Origin: Nitrosopumilaceae archaeon
Lineage (GTDB): Archaea > Thermoproteota > Nitrososphaeria > Nitrososphaerales > Nitrosopumilaceae
NCBI GenBank assembly: GCA_052389415.1
Contig: JBQTHX010000034.1
Location: forward strand, 1-64,000
Direction: 5' to 3'
Length of the DNA stretch: 64,000 nt
How positions within the stretch are numbered: position 1 is the first letter of the stretch; the number at the start of each line of letters is the position of its first letter. Below the pieces are notes generated by a model. That model made no database searches. It was not told the origin of the DNA and was given only the letters and a program-made list of their open reading frames with translations. Positions 10,019 through 19,579 of the stretch are shown here, piece after piece. Both the position numbers and the translations under genes were made by a program.

Positions 10019-10360
10019 CTAGGCCTTTATTGCTACCGGAGCCAAAGCGACCTTTTTACTTGTAGCTTTTGCTATCTTTGCTTTTTTTGTAGTCTTTTTT
10101 ACTACCACTATCTCTTCGATTTCAGCTGGTTTTGCAATAGATTCTAGTTGTGAATCAGCTTCAACTCTAGCACGCAATTTTGCTTTGTATTTTAGGTTTC
10201 TTGGTTTTGTTCGCAATCTGTATCCACAGCATGGACACCACAGTCCTTCCCATTTTATGAAAATTTCACAAATCTGGCATCTTTTCTGTCCTGAGGCATA
10301 GCGACCAGTACCAACTGGTTTTTGTGCCTTGTATCTAGTGCATATTCCCTTACATGTCAT
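10019..10360 (-). CDS. Conserved thaumarchaeal Cys-rich (Zn-binding) basic protein
   Basis: CKGIC...RCQIC...CPCCG followed by a Lys/Ala-rich tail; own TATA-like element upstream. Confidence 0.8.
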   Translation of the reverse strand: MTCKGICTRYKAQKPVGTGRYASGQKRCQICEIFIKWEGLWCPCCGYRLRTKPRNLKYKAKLRARVEADSQLESIAKPAEIEEIVVVKKTTKKAKIAKATSKKVALAPVAIKA

Positions 10361-10612
10361 TTCATATTCACTTCCTATTCTAACTAGTTATAGTATTACT
10401 AACTATTTAAGGGTGGATCACAATTTCCTATATTATTAATGAGATTTTTTTAGAAAATTTACATATGTTCTTCTTGGCCGATGACAGAGTTTTCAGAAAA
10501 AATTAAAAAAGGCATATAAAAATGTATGTTTTCTATAAACTTGAAAATTTGTTCTTTTTATCGAAAAATTTTCGAACGTCCTTATAAAGATTTTGTAGAG
10601 ATAATTTAATGA

Positions 10613-11266
10613 TTAGCCTATTCTGGACAATGGTAAAATAAGATGGCGATATCCCTCCCTTTGAGAAATATATTTTGCTGACATTTTATCGCGCTCTCCT
10701 CTTTTGTTATAGTTTTTTGTTTTTAGTGATGTTTTACTTTCATCAACAAATTCTAATTCAAAATGAGAGCAAAATTTTAAATTTAAAAGATTAGTTATTT
10801 GTCTAGCTATTTTCATATTTCCATTTCCTATTTTTATGATTTTTCTTTCCGCCTTTAATCCAGACAAAATTTTTACAACGTGTGATATCATTTCGTCAAG
10901 TGATGTGTATGTTGAGCTTTCCAGTTCTTGTTGATGATAAAAAACAGACAGCCCGATTCTATTACCTGGATCTATTCCTATTACAAGTGAGTTTTCATGC
11001 ATACCTGATTCAAGTTTTTGTATGATTAGTCCTTTTATTACTGTAGGATCCGCATCAAACTCATCTTCATATAGCACCAAATTAGTCTCAATTTTTTGTA
11101 CATCTCTGTTTGTAGTAAGAATAAGTCTTTTTTCTGAACGATTAATCTCATTTGGCAATATGGAATCATAACTAATCTTTAATCGATTAAGTGTTTTTAC
11201 AAATTTGAAATATGATCTACCATAAACAGTTGCTACTGCAATATTGTTTTGATGGTGGTATTCTAT
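10613..11266 (-). CDS. RNase H-fold (YqgF/RuvC-like) hypothetical protein; start possibly ATA at 11266 (ORF track uses TTG at 11158)
   Basis: VIGIDPG, IGNG, VDE..TS and D..SA motifs; frame is open 36 codons upstream of the TTG. Confidence 0.7.
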   Translation of the reverse strand: MEYHHQNNIAVATVYGRSYFKFVKTLNRLKISYDSILPNEINRSEKRLILTTNRDVQKIETNLVLYEDEFDADPTVIKGLIIQKLESGMHENSLVIGIDPGNRIGLSVFYHQQELESSTYTSLDEMISHVVKILSGLKAERKIIKIGNGNMKIARQITNLLNLKFCSHFELEFVDESKTSLKTKNYNKRGERDKMSAKYISQREGYRHLILPLSRIG

Positions 11267-11304
11267 AGTTTGTTATTGTTATTGGCAAAATTTAAGGTTT
11301 TTTC

Positions 11305-11637
11305 TTATTTTAATATGGATGAGACGGTATATTCAACAGCCTCATCAAATTTTTCATTTATTTTGGCTTTAATTTCGGAAAGACTCCTTTCACCATCATC
11401 AAGTATTTTTTTTGCTTCTTGGTTTGCAGCTTCTTTGGTTTTTGATATTATAGATTCAGACTCTTTTGTTGCCATTTCCACTACCTTTTCTCTAAGATTT
11501 TCTATCTCGTTTTCAGCTTTTGCGTGGAGTTTTTTTTTCATGTCTGCCACCTTCTCATTAAGAGAGTCAATATTCTCTTCTAATTCAGAAAGGGTTTTGA
11601 TTATTCCTTCAACCTTTGAAACAGCAACTTCACTCAT
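11305..11637 (-). CDS. Coiled-coil protein resembling A/V-ATPase peripheral-stalk subunit H(G)
   Basis: 110 aa charged helix with ..A..EA..I pattern and C-terminal FDEAVEYTVSSIL. Confidence 0.55.
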   Translation of the reverse strand: MSEVAVSKVEGIIKTLSELEENIDSLNEKVADMKKKLHAKAENEIENLREKVVEMATKESESIISKTKEAANQEAKKILDDGERSLSEIKAKINEKFDEAVEYTVSSILK

Positions 11638-11673
11638 TATGGCTAAAACCTCAAAATCCTGTTATTAAACCCT

Positions 11674-12015
11674 TCATTTGGTAGTAAGAAGCAGTATTGC
11701 TCTTGCTAGATCCCCTTTTGCTTCTACAAGGGCATTTTTTGCGGCTTCTTGTGAAACACCCGCTTGCTGAGAAACCAACATTATATCCTCTTCGCTAAAT
11801 ATGGGGACCTCCAATTCCCTTTCTTCGTAGCTTTCTGATATTACTTGGAAAATAGAATTATCTTTTGATTTCATTTCTGACACAGTTGGTTTTGGTATTA
11901 TAATTTCCTTTTTGTCAGTCTTAATTATTACCTCTTGTACGTTAGGAATTTCTTTCATTTCTAGACCCATTCTGTCTAGCATTCTTCGCATTTCGCGGTT
12001 TCCTCCACGCATCAT
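11674..12015 (-). CDS. nac: Nascent polypeptide-associated complex protein
   Basis: MRRMLDRMGL NAC domain and C-terminal UBA domain (EEDIMLVSQQAGVS..AL..AKGDLARAIL). Confidence 0.95.
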   Translation of the reverse strand: MMRGGNREMRRMLDRMGLEMKEIPNVQEVIIKTDKKEIIIPKPTVSEMKSKDNSIFQVISESYEERELEVPIFSEEDIMLVSQQAGVSQEAAKNALVEAKGDLARAILLLTTK

Positions 12016-12488
12016 GTATTATTCACTGACTGTGTACGACTTTTTAAACTATCTCTGATCTTTATTGCTACACCGTGTTTTAGGCCTTTTATCATTTGTG
12101 AGGAAATGACAGATCTGCCGACAGCAATTACAGCATTTTTATAGAGAACTGGAACATCTGCTCCTATTAGGATATTTTTTCCACACCATACAACATGTTT
12201 ACAAAAAACAGAACTTCCCCTTTCTACAAATGGTTTGGAGCCTTCATCTATTTCAAGACAGTTTTCTTTGAATTTTTTACTTTGTAATAACATCTGTGAA
12301 AAATATGGCGTAATTGCAAGTCCTCCATCTATTCTCAAGGTACACAGAAGTTTTTCATTTTGAAATACATGTTGAATGCGTCCGGTTTTTTTTGAATATT
12401 TAATTATGATTTTTTCTGGAAGGCATCTTGATATACCTGTACCAAAAAGCGCATCAATTGTATGTTTTAGTTTTAAAACAGAATCCAT
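12012..12488 (-). CDS. PUA-domain protein (stand-alone C-terminal region of archaeosine tRNA-guanine transglycosylase)
   Basis: SKKTGRI, LRIDGG, G.SVFCKHV, AVGR and GVAIKIR motifs. Confidence 0.8.
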   Translation of the reverse strand: MDSVLKLKHTIDALFGTGISRCLPEKIIIKYSKKTGRIQHVFQNEKLLCTLRIDGGLAITPYFSQMLLQSKKFKENCLEIDEGSKPFVERGSSVFCKHVVWCGKNILIGADVPVLYKNAVIAVGRSVISSQMIKGLKHGVAIKIRDSLKSRTQSVNNT

Positions 12489-12539
12489 CTTAACAATGAA
12501 CCGTTATTGACCCCTTTAATTTTTTATTTTCAACAATAC

Positions 12540-12570
12540 ACTATATAGCGTGTTAGGATAACTATATAGT
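12540..12570. promoter_or_regulatory. Tandem CTATATAG palindromes upstream of the AbrB-PhoU gene
   Basis: ACTATATAGC (12540-12549) and the perfect palindrome ACTATATAGT (12561-12570), 21 bp apart. Confidence 0.5.
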
Positions 12571-12592
12571 AGAGATACGAAGAGCGTAGTCA

Positions 12593-13636
12593 ATGACAAA
12601 TAAGGAGGAGATGAGAAAAATACAGTTTACTGGCAAGTCATCCTATATTGTTTCCTTACCAAAAGAATGGATAAGAGATTTGGGATTAAAACAAGGGGAT
12701 CAAGTAACAATAGTAAGACATGGAACGTCAACATTGCAAATTACACCATCAAAAGTTCATACAAAAATACCTGAAACTGAGGATGCAATATTTGAAATAA
12801 ATTCTGATGAGGAAAGCTCTGTGATTGTACGTAAACTAGTTTCATTATATTTTCTTGGATTCAAAACCATAAATGTAAAACCAAAATCTGGTAGATTAAA
12901 ACCATCACAACGATTTGCAGTAAAAGACGCTGTAAAAAGAGTTCTAATGGGAACTGAAATAACTGCAGATTCTACAGATGGTATTACGATACAGGTATTG
13001 ATCAATTTGTTTGAGCTTTCAATAGATGGAGCCTTCAAAAGGATGCTCCTTATTGCAAAGTCAATGCAAAATGATGCACTTCTTGCACTTGAAGAAGCAA
13101 ATTTTGATCTTGCTAATGAAGTAATAAATAGTGATGATGAAGTGGACAGATTTAGTTTTTATATCATTCGCCAATTAAAAATTGCAATTCAAAATGAACA
13201 TATGTTAAAAGATATGGGTTTTGAAAATGCTAGAAGTTGTCTTGGATATAGGGTAATTGTGAAAAACATTGAAAGAGTGGGGGATCATGCAGCAGGTATA
13301 GCTAAAGATCTTTTAGAGTTCAAAAAACCAATAAGAAAATCAGTGATAGTTGAAATTCGTGAAATGAGCAAGTTTTCATTATCGGTTCTTGATGAAGCAT
13401 GCCTTTCTTTGTTCAAGAAGGACTTTTCTCAAGCAGAAATTGCTATCCAAAAATCATCTGAGATTACAAAATATGAAAAAAAGGTGTTGTATAGTATAAA
13501 ATCGCTAAGAGATGACGAAGAAGTTTATCGCATAAGGAGAATGGTGGAGAACATACGAAGGATTTCAGAGTATGCCAGCGATATTGCTGAAATTGTTATG
13601 AATATGACGATAGAGAAAACGCTACGAAAGCAATAA
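12593..13636 (+). CDS. phoU: Phosphate uptake regulator, AbrB-PhoU fusion
   Basis: [19 protein letters not shown] AbrB domain; DDEVDR and ERVGDHA PhoU motifs. Confidence 0.92.
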   Translation: MTNKEEMRKIQFTGKSSYIVSLPKEWIRDLGLKQGDQVTIVRHGTSTLQITPSKVHTKIPETEDAIFEINSDEESSVIVRKLVSLYFLGFKTINVKPKSGRLKPSQRFAVKDAVKRVLMGTEITADSTDGITIQVLINLFELSIDGAFKRMLLIAKSMQNDALLALEEANFDLANEVINSDDEVDRFSFYIIRQLKIAIQNEHMLKDMGFENARSCLGYRVIVKNIERVGDHAAGIAKDLLEFKKPIRKSVIVEIREMSKFSLSVLDEACLSLFKKDFSQAEIAIQKSSEITKYEKKVLYSIKSLRDDEEVYRIRRMVENIRRISEYASDIAEIVMNMTIEKTLRKQ

Positions 13637-13661
13637 GATATCAACAGATCTTCATCATATT

Positions 13662-14789
13662 ATGAAGCATTCGGCAATACTGATAACATATGATAGAGAT
13701 GATATCGTAAAAGAAGCTCTTTCTCTTTGTGAATCTGCAGGGTATCAAACATTAAAGATAATCAAACAAAGGTTTCTAAACAAGACAAAATTTGGAATAG
13801 GGGAAGGGAAGGTAGACGAGCTAAAAGAAATGGTAAAAGCCGTAGTTCCTGATGTAATAATTTTTGATGAATATCTCAAACCGAGTCAAAATTATAATCT
13901 TGCTTCCAATCTAAAAACAAACATACTTGATAGAGAATCTTTAATTCTTGAAATATTTGATCATAACGCTACAAGCTCTGAATCAAAATTGCAGGTAAAG
14001 ATGGCACAGTTAAGATATGAAATGTCACACGCAAAGGAGAAAGTGCGGTTAGCAAAGATGGGAGAACAGCCTGGTTTCATGGGAATTGGTAAATTCGAGG
14101 TGGATGTTTATTATAATGATATCAAAAACAGAATGACAAGTATCAAATCAAAGCTAGAAAAAGCTGGAAAGCAACGGGCATTGCACAGACAAAGCAGAGA
14201 TAGGATGGGATTCAAAACTATTTCTTTAGCAGGATACACATCTGCTGGAAAAACAACTCTCTTTAATGCCTTAACAGGTGAAAACCAGGCAGAGAGTTCA
14301 AGTTTGTTTACAACACTATCAACTACAACAAGAAAAATAAAACTTTTAGAAACTGAAGCTCTCATATCAGATACTGTAGGTTTCATAAGCAGACTCCCTG
14401 CCTACATGATTGAAGCCTTCAAATCTACCTTGGAGGAGCTTATCTATACTGATGTAGTGATACTTGTAATTGATATAAGTGATCCAATTTTTGATTTGAA
14501 AAAGAAGTTCAAAAGTTGTATTTCAACATTGGATGAACTTGGTGTAGATCAAGATAAAATAATCTTTGCGCTTAATAAATCAGATCTTGTATTACCACAT
14601 GAAATTTTGGAGAAGGTAGATTATTTAGGATTAAAAGAAAATAAAAAGTGGTTTCCTATCTCCGCAGCAACAAAACAGAATATGTCTCAATTAAAAGATC
14701 TTTTGTTAATTATTTTGAAAAACCAACCTGTAATAACTGAAAAAAAGAAACGCAATCAATTTGAATTCAAGATTAATTATGAAGATTGA
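13662..14789 (+). CDS. hflX: GTPase HflX
   Basis: [36 protein letters not shown] and NKSD motifs. Confidence 0.95.
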   Translation: MKHSAILITYDRDDIVKEALSLCESAGYQTLKIIKQRFLNKTKFGIGEGKVDELKEMVKAVVPDVIIFDEYLKPSQNYNLASNLKTNILDRESLILEIFDHNATSSESKLQVKMAQLRYEMSHAKEKVRLAKMGEQPGFMGIGKFEVDVYYNDIKNRMTSIKSKLEKAGKQRALHRQSRDRMGFKTISLAGYTSAGKTTLFNALTGENQAESSSLFTTLSTTTRKIKLLETEALISDTVGFISRLPAYMIEAFKSTLEELIYTDVVILVIDISDPIFDLKKKFKSCISTLDELGVDQDKIIFALNKSDLVLPHEILEKVDYLGLKENKKWFPISAATKQNMSQLKDLLLIILKNQPVITEKKKRNQFEFKINYED

Positions 14790-15306
14790 GGTACTGAGAA
14801 TCGGTCAAAGACTAGTTCGTGATGATAGAGTAACAACACATATAGCACTTGTTTCAAGGGCGTTTGGTGCGTCCAAGATACTTATGCAGGAAGTCAATCC
14901 GGAAATTAAAAGGACCATATTTGAAATCAATAGAACGTGGGGAAGCACATTCGAAGTGGAAATAATAGACAATTGGAAAAAAGTTTTAAAAACGAAAAAG
15001 AAATCTGCCAAAATAATTCATTTAACAATGTACGGCGAGAATATTGATTCCGTAATAGATAAATTGAAACAAGAAGAGGAGATCCTTATAATCGTAGGAG
15101 CAGAAAAAGTTCCTCGCGAGATGTATGACATGGCGGATTATAATGTGGCTATTGGAAATCAACCTCACTCTGAAATTAGTGCATTAGCAATATTATTAGA
15201 TAGGATTTTGGAAGGAAGACAATTTCTCAAGAAATATGAAAACGCTCGGAAGGAGATTATTCCTACAAAGCGTGGAAAGAGAGTCCAGAACAAAACAATT
15301 GATTAA
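14779..15306 (+). CDS. trm56: tRNA (cytidine(56)-2'-O)-methyltransferase aTrm56 (SPOUT)
   Basis: [29 protein letters not shown] and [11 protein letters not shown] motifs; ATG at 14779 preferred. Confidence 0.93.
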   Translation: MKIEVLRIGQRLVRDDRVTTHIALVSRAFGASKILMQEVNPEIKRTIFEINRTWGSTFEVEIIDNWKKVLKTKKKSAKIIHLTMYGENIDSVIDKLKQEEEILIIVGAEKVPREMYDMADYNVAIGNQPHSEISALAILLDRILEGRQFLKKYENARKEIIPTKRGKRVQNKTID

Positions 15307-15328
15307 ATATAGAATCTGGTCAGAAACG

Positions 15329-15841
15329 ATGATGACTGTTAGTCATGAAGATCCCTTTGTAAAAATCGCTGCTTTGATTGGTGGTGACGAATACCTTAAA
15401 GTCGCCAGATCTCTTTTGAATACAGAAGATGCAACTGATGAAGAAATTGCTAGCTCTACTGGTCTAAGAATAAACATAGTAAGAAAAGTGCTATACGACC
15501 TCTTTGGAAAAGCATTGATTACCGGTATTAGAGTAAAAGATGAGAAAAAAGGTTGGTTTGTGTATCGATGGCGTGCAAGAAAGGATGAAGTAGATAATTT
15601 CATAGAAAACCAAAAAAAGAAAATTGCTGAAAGACTGCAACAGAGATTGGATTATGAAAGCTCTGCTGAATTTTATCATTGTGGAAACGAAGACTGCACA
15701 AAACTTACTTTTGAAAAGGCTCTGGATTTATCTTTTAAGTGTCCTACTTGTGGAAAACTTGTAAATATAATAAAGAACGATAAACTCAAGAAAGCGCTTC
15801 AACATAAAATCGATGAATTGCACGAGGATCTAAAACACTAA
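15329..15841 (+). CDS. tfe: Transcription factor E alpha
   Basis: ATDEEIA..TGL.IN.VRK.LY.L winged helix, GW..Y.W, and Zn ribbon (FYHC...C...F.CP.CG); start at ATG 15329 or 15332. Confidence 0.93.
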   Translation: MMTVSHEDPFVKIAALIGGDEYLKVARSLLNTEDATDEEIASSTGLRINIVRKVLYDLFGKALITGIRVKDEKKGWFVYRWRARKDEVDNFIENQKKKIAERLQQRLDYESSAEFYHCGNEDCTKLTFEKALDLSFKCPTCGKLVNIIKNDKLKKALQHKIDELHEDLKH

Positions 15842-16491
15842 ACGATATAATGGAGTACAATCTCATTTTCCCGAATTTGAATATTTTTTAGTTTTAGTTT
15901 ACATGCATTCGTAATTTTTTCAAAACCATCTCCTTCAACGAATGAAATTGCATTTTTACCACCAAGTATGTGTGGAGTAACTGTCACTATAATTTCATCA
16001 ACTAGGTTATCTTTGAGAAATGACCAATTGATTATTCCTCCACCCTCAACTAAAAGTTTTTTGATTTTTCTATTTTCTAAGATGGATAATAATTTTTTCA
16101 AGTTGACTCTTTTGTTACCGCACTTTATTACTTCTAATCCATAGCGTTGTAATCTTGCAATATTTTTTCCAGAAATATTTTCTGATACTGCGATTATGGT
16201 CGGAATTTTTTGACAAGTTTGGATTATTTTAGAATTAGATTTTATTTTACCTGATGAATCTAAGATTATTCTAATCGGATTTTTTCCTTTTGCATATCTT
16301 ACAGTTAGATAAGGATTATCTTTCATCATGGTATTTTTTCCAATTAATATGGCATCTGCTTTAGAACGAAGTTTATGAATTCGTTCTAGATCTTTTTTTG
16401 AAGATAATCTGGAATCACCTGCTTTTGTTGCTATTTTACCATCAAGGCTTATAGCCGCACAAAGTGTCACATGAGGTCTAGATCTTACCAT
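15838..16491 (-). CDS. arfC: 2,5-diamino-6-ribosylamino-4(3H)-pyrimidinone 5'-phosphate reductase
   Basis: AISLDGKIA, H.LR..DAILIG..T..DNP.LTVR and VEGGG motifs (RibD C-terminal/Rib7 type). Confidence 0.92.
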   Translation of the reverse strand: MVRSRPHVTLCAAISLDGKIATKAGDSRLSSKKDLERIHKLRSKADAILIGKNTMMKDNPYLTVRYAKGKNPIRIILDSSGKIKSNSKIIQTCQKIPTIIAVSENISGKNIARLQRYGLEVIKCGNKRVNLKKLLSILENRKIKKLLVEGGGIINWSFLKDNLVDEIIVTVTPHILGGKNAISFVEGDGFEKITNACKLKLKNIQIRENEIVLHYIV

Positions 16492-17671
16492 GTACTATTT
16501 TTCCGCCTATCATAACTGCAGCGATTACAGTCTCTGATGCTCTATGCACTACTGAAGCATATGGATCGTGCATTGGTTCCAGATCTATTTGGTGTTTATC
16601 TATGAAAATACAATCAGCTAGATTATTTTGTTGAATTGAACCAATTTTCATATTTTGAAGCATTTTTCCCGCATTTACGGTAGTCATTTTTAATATCGAT
16701 TTTGGAGGGATCCTCTTTTTTTTGGTTGCCATTGAGATTTTCCATAGATAATCCATTTCTCTGAACATATCTGGCGAGTTAATCATAACATTATCAGTTC
16801 CAATAGCAATGTTACATCCACAATCAGTCATTAAATTTACATCAGGAATTCCTTCAGCCAGAGAAGCATTCGCTCTTGGACAGACTACAATACTAGCTCC
16901 ATTTTTAGAGGCGAGAAGAAGGTCTTTTTTTGATGCGTGCGTCATATGAATCAAAAAATTTGGTTTTAGGAACATTGCTCGCTGAGTTTCAGTCTTTCCG
17001 GTTATTTTTTTAGAGATTTTACAACTTTCAGATGTTTCTGAAGAATGAATGGCCCTTAGTTTCTTGGTTTGTGAATAATATCTCAATACTGAATCGCTAT
17101 TTTCATTTGGTCCACTTATTCCAAGACCATTACATATTTGCAACAGTTTAGAAAGTTCGGTTTTTTTAAAATCAGGTAAAGATATGTTTTTTTTAATTAA
17201 CTGATAATCCTGATAATAATCCAATCTTCCTAAAATGATTGATCTTATTGGAAGGCTGGATATTGCCTTTTGTAAGGTAACTATTCCCTCAAATCCTCCT
17301 TCTCTGAAATCAACAAAGGTTGTTATTCCTTTTTTCATCATGGTAATACAAGAAGTTCTAATAAAACTACAAAGATGCGATGGTTTTGTATTTTGAAGAA
17401 TCCTTTGTTTAAAACCCTTAACAGGATGAATTTTTTTTTCTACTCCATATTCTATTCCTATATCCTTTGCTATTGAATCCCCTACATGAGTGTGCGAATT
17501 AACAAATCCTGGTATTACTAAAAGTCCTTCACAATCATAAACTCGTTCTTTTTGGTGAGGCGTTAGAGTTGAATCTAGTTTATCAATAAATTGACCAGAA
17601 ATTCGCATGTTTGTATGTTTAATGTACTCAAGTTCTTTGCCGTAAAGTACACTGATATTTTTTATCAGCAT
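16478..17671 (-). CDS. Metal-dependent amidohydrolase inside the riboflavin operon
   Basis: PGFVNSHTH, IHSSE, IHMTH, CPRAN and GTDN motifs; overlaps both neighbouring genes. Confidence 0.88.
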   Translation of the reverse strand: MLIKNISVLYGKELEYIKHTNMRISGQFIDKLDSTLTPHQKERVYDCEGLLVIPGFVNSHTHVGDSIAKDIGIEYGVEKKIHPVKGFKQRILQNTKPSHLCSFIRTSCITMMKKGITTFVDFREGGFEGIVTLQKAISSLPIRSIILGRLDYYQDYQLIKKNISLPDFKKTELSKLLQICNGLGISGPNENSDSVLRYYSQTKKLRAIHSSETSESCKISKKITGKTETQRAMFLKPNFLIHMTHASKKDLLLASKNGASIVVCPRANASLAEGIPDVNLMTDCGCNIAIGTDNVMINSPDMFREMDYLWKISMATKKKRIPPKSILKMTTVNAGKMLQNMKIGSIQQNNLADCIFIDKHQIDLEPMHDPYASVVHRASETVIAAVMIGGKIVHGKI

Positions 17672-18414
17672 GTTAATTCAAGTATTCGTTGCTTGTTACC
17701 CAAATCTCTCATTTCTCGTATGGTATCAAGTGATTTTGTTGCAAGATTGGCAGCTTCTCGTGCTGTTTTTGCTGTTCCCATTCCACAGTTCATAGAAACA
17801 CCATATTTTTTTTCTATCATTTCTAAAAATTTTGTTATGTTTTCTTTGGCAGTAGATGAAGAGACAATCATAAAGTTATCTCCTCCCATAAAGAAGGTGA
17901 GCGAATTGTAGTTTAGAAAGAATTCTAACATTTCCGAATATAATTTAAAAATCAATGAAGAGATTTCATATGGTGATTTTTTTGTGGAGATCGATGTAGA
18001 ACCATCGACGTCCATATGAATTATACTTACAGTTTGTTCTGATTTTCCATTTTTAAAACCAAAAATTTCGGATTCTTTGCTTAGTATAGTCTTTGATTTC
18101 CTTGCATCATACGCTTGAAGATTTGCTTCGAATGGAGATTGTCCGTATCCTATAGTCATTGAAAATTCTAGTTTGAATAGATCTTTTAGTTTCTTTTGGA
18201 TCTCCTCATGATCATTTAGTGAAAGACCATTTGAGATCACAAATAACTCATCAAATCTATTTGCAAATACAAGACAGTTTTTTTCTGAGAACAGTCTTTG
18301 TGATTCATTATACAAAGATGATTGAAGTATCTGGAGTTTGTGTTCTCTGTCGCTACCTAGAGTAAGTGTCCACGGACCATATCCTGTTATTTTGATGATA
18401 GTGATCTGAATCAT
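17665..18414 (-). CDS. gch3: GTP cyclohydrolase III
   Basis: GYGPWT.TLG.DRE..LQ.LQ, RFD, HMDV and FMGGDNF motifs. Confidence 0.93.
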   Translation of the reverse strand: MIQITIIKITGYGPWTLTLGSDREHKLQILQSSLYNESQRLFSEKNCLVFANRFDELFVISNGLSLNDHEEIQKKLKDLFKLEFSMTIGYGQSPFEANLQAYDARKSKTILSKESEIFGFKNGKSEQTVSIIHMDVDGSTSISTKKSPYEISSLIFKLYSEMLEFFLNYNSLTFFMGGDNFMIVSSSTAKENITKFLEMIEKKYGVSMNCGMGTAKTAREAANLATKSLDTIREMRDLGNKQRILELTC

Positions 18415-18824
18415 ATTATTTTCCCCATTTGATCTGAAATCTTCATCACGGCTTCCACTGCTCTTTCTGTCACTGGTTTTATTCTTGCTTGTGCCTGTCT
18501 CTCTGTCATTCCTGGCCCAGTGATTCCTAAGGTCACGGGTTTTTTGTATTTTATCGCCAAATCTATTAGCGATTTGGCAACTGCGTTAGCAATAAGTTCA
18601 TCATGTTTTGTTTCACCTTTTATTACAGCACCCAGTGTTACAACTGCATCAACCTCCTTTTTTTGTAGTAATGCATCTATCACAATTGGCATATCAAAAA
18701 TACCAGGAACTTTACAGGTGAATTTTATATTTAATTTAAGATTTTTTGCCTTCTCAACAGCTACATTAAGCATTTTAGAAGTAACTTCTTGGTTAAAATC
18801 CGCAGTCACAATTGCAATATTCAG
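18411..18824 (-). CDS. ribH: 6,7-dimethyl-8-ribityllumazine synthase (probable CTG start at 18824)
   Basis: (M)NIAIVTADFN..VT..M, VPG.FD.P, LGAVIKGETKHD and KPVTLGI.GPG motifs. Confidence 0.95.
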   Translation of the reverse strand: MNIAIVTADFNQEVTSKMLNVAVEKAKNLKLNIKFTCKVPGIFDMPIVIDALLQKKEVDAVVTLGAVIKGETKHDELIANAVAKSLIDLAIKYKKPVTLGITGPGMTERQAQARIKPVTERAVEAVMKISDQMGKII

Positions 18825-18826
18825 AA

Positions 18827-19507
18827 TTAATGCACCCTAGAAAATTCTAATAGTTCTTTACCCTCTAGAAATGGAATAGCATTCTCTTGTGCATATTTCC
18901 TAGCTTTTTCTACTGATAGAGCTGCATATGACTCTGAATCTAGCATTTCACAAATTGCTGCAACAGGTGCTAGGTTTGAAAGATTCATCAGATATATCGA
19001 CATTTCTGTGTGGCCTAGTCTATTTGATAACAATCCATTTTGTGCTATTAACATAGGTACATGTCCAGGAGCTTTAAAGGATGAAATAAATTCCTGTTTT
19101 TTATTTTTGTTAATTGTTTTATAAAGATTAGCCATTTCCTTTATTGTCATAGATCTGTCTCTATCAGTTATTCCGGTGTAAGTCTGTACATGATTTATTG
19201 AAATCGAAAAGGATGGCTGATCACCATATGGTGCTTTTGTTATAATCATTCTTTTGGATTCTGTATCAACTTCTTGTGAGTTGGAAAGAATATCATGCAT
19301 AAAATGTAATCCCAAATCTTGAGCAAAAAAGTGATTTATCGAAAGACAAACGAGTCCCCCCGCATGTTGACGCATTCGTGCTATGTGTGCTGGAGTGACA
19401 AACTCTGCTGCTACTACCATATCTACTTCATTCTCACGTTTTCCTTCATCATGAAGAAGAATGAATTCGCCTCGTTTTAGTGACGATATCGCTTCGTTTA
19501 ATGACAT
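18827..19507 (-). CDS. ribB: 3,4-dihydroxy-2-butanone 4-phosphate synthase (archaeal type)
   Basis: D..RENEVD, AGGL.C, TGITD.DR, PGHV, R.GHTE and CEML motifs; ATG at 19507 is ~24 nt below a TTTATAA box. Confidence 0.94.
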   Translation of the reverse strand: MSLNEAISSLKRGEFILLHDEGKRENEVDMVVAAEFVTPAHIARMRQHAGGLVCLSINHFFAQDLGLHFMHDILSNSQEVDTESKRMIITKAPYGDQPSFSISINHVQTYTGITDRDRSMTIKEMANLYKTINKNKKQEFISSFKAPGHVPMLIAQNGLLSNRLGHTEMSIYLMNLSNLAPVAAICEMLDSESYAALSVEKARKYAQENAIPFLEGKELLEFSRVH

Positions 19508-19540
19508 AAGATAAAATGTCGTTTTATTAATTATAAAGCT

Positions 19541-19574
19541 TACTACAAAATTAGTTACTACCAATAAAGTAGTA
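19541..19574. promoter_or_regulatory. Candidate riboflavin-operon operator (TACTAC-N7-GTAGTA plus an extra TACTAC half-site)
   Basis: TACTAC 19556-19561 and GTAGTA 19569-19574; a second TACTAC at 19541-19546 abuts the BRE/TATA of ribB. Confidence 0.45.
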
Positions 19575-19579
19575 GTGTA

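Noticed and set aside
10561-10575. TCGAAAA-A-TTTTCGA palindrome
   Set aside because: Single occurrence in an A/T-run-rich spacer with no supporting context.
15236-15328. Long N-terminal extensions in the ORF track for tfe (likewise ribB, pyrI, DUF35 and the topo Zn-finger gene)
   Set aside because: They overlap neighbouring genes or promoters; downstream starts match family N-termini.
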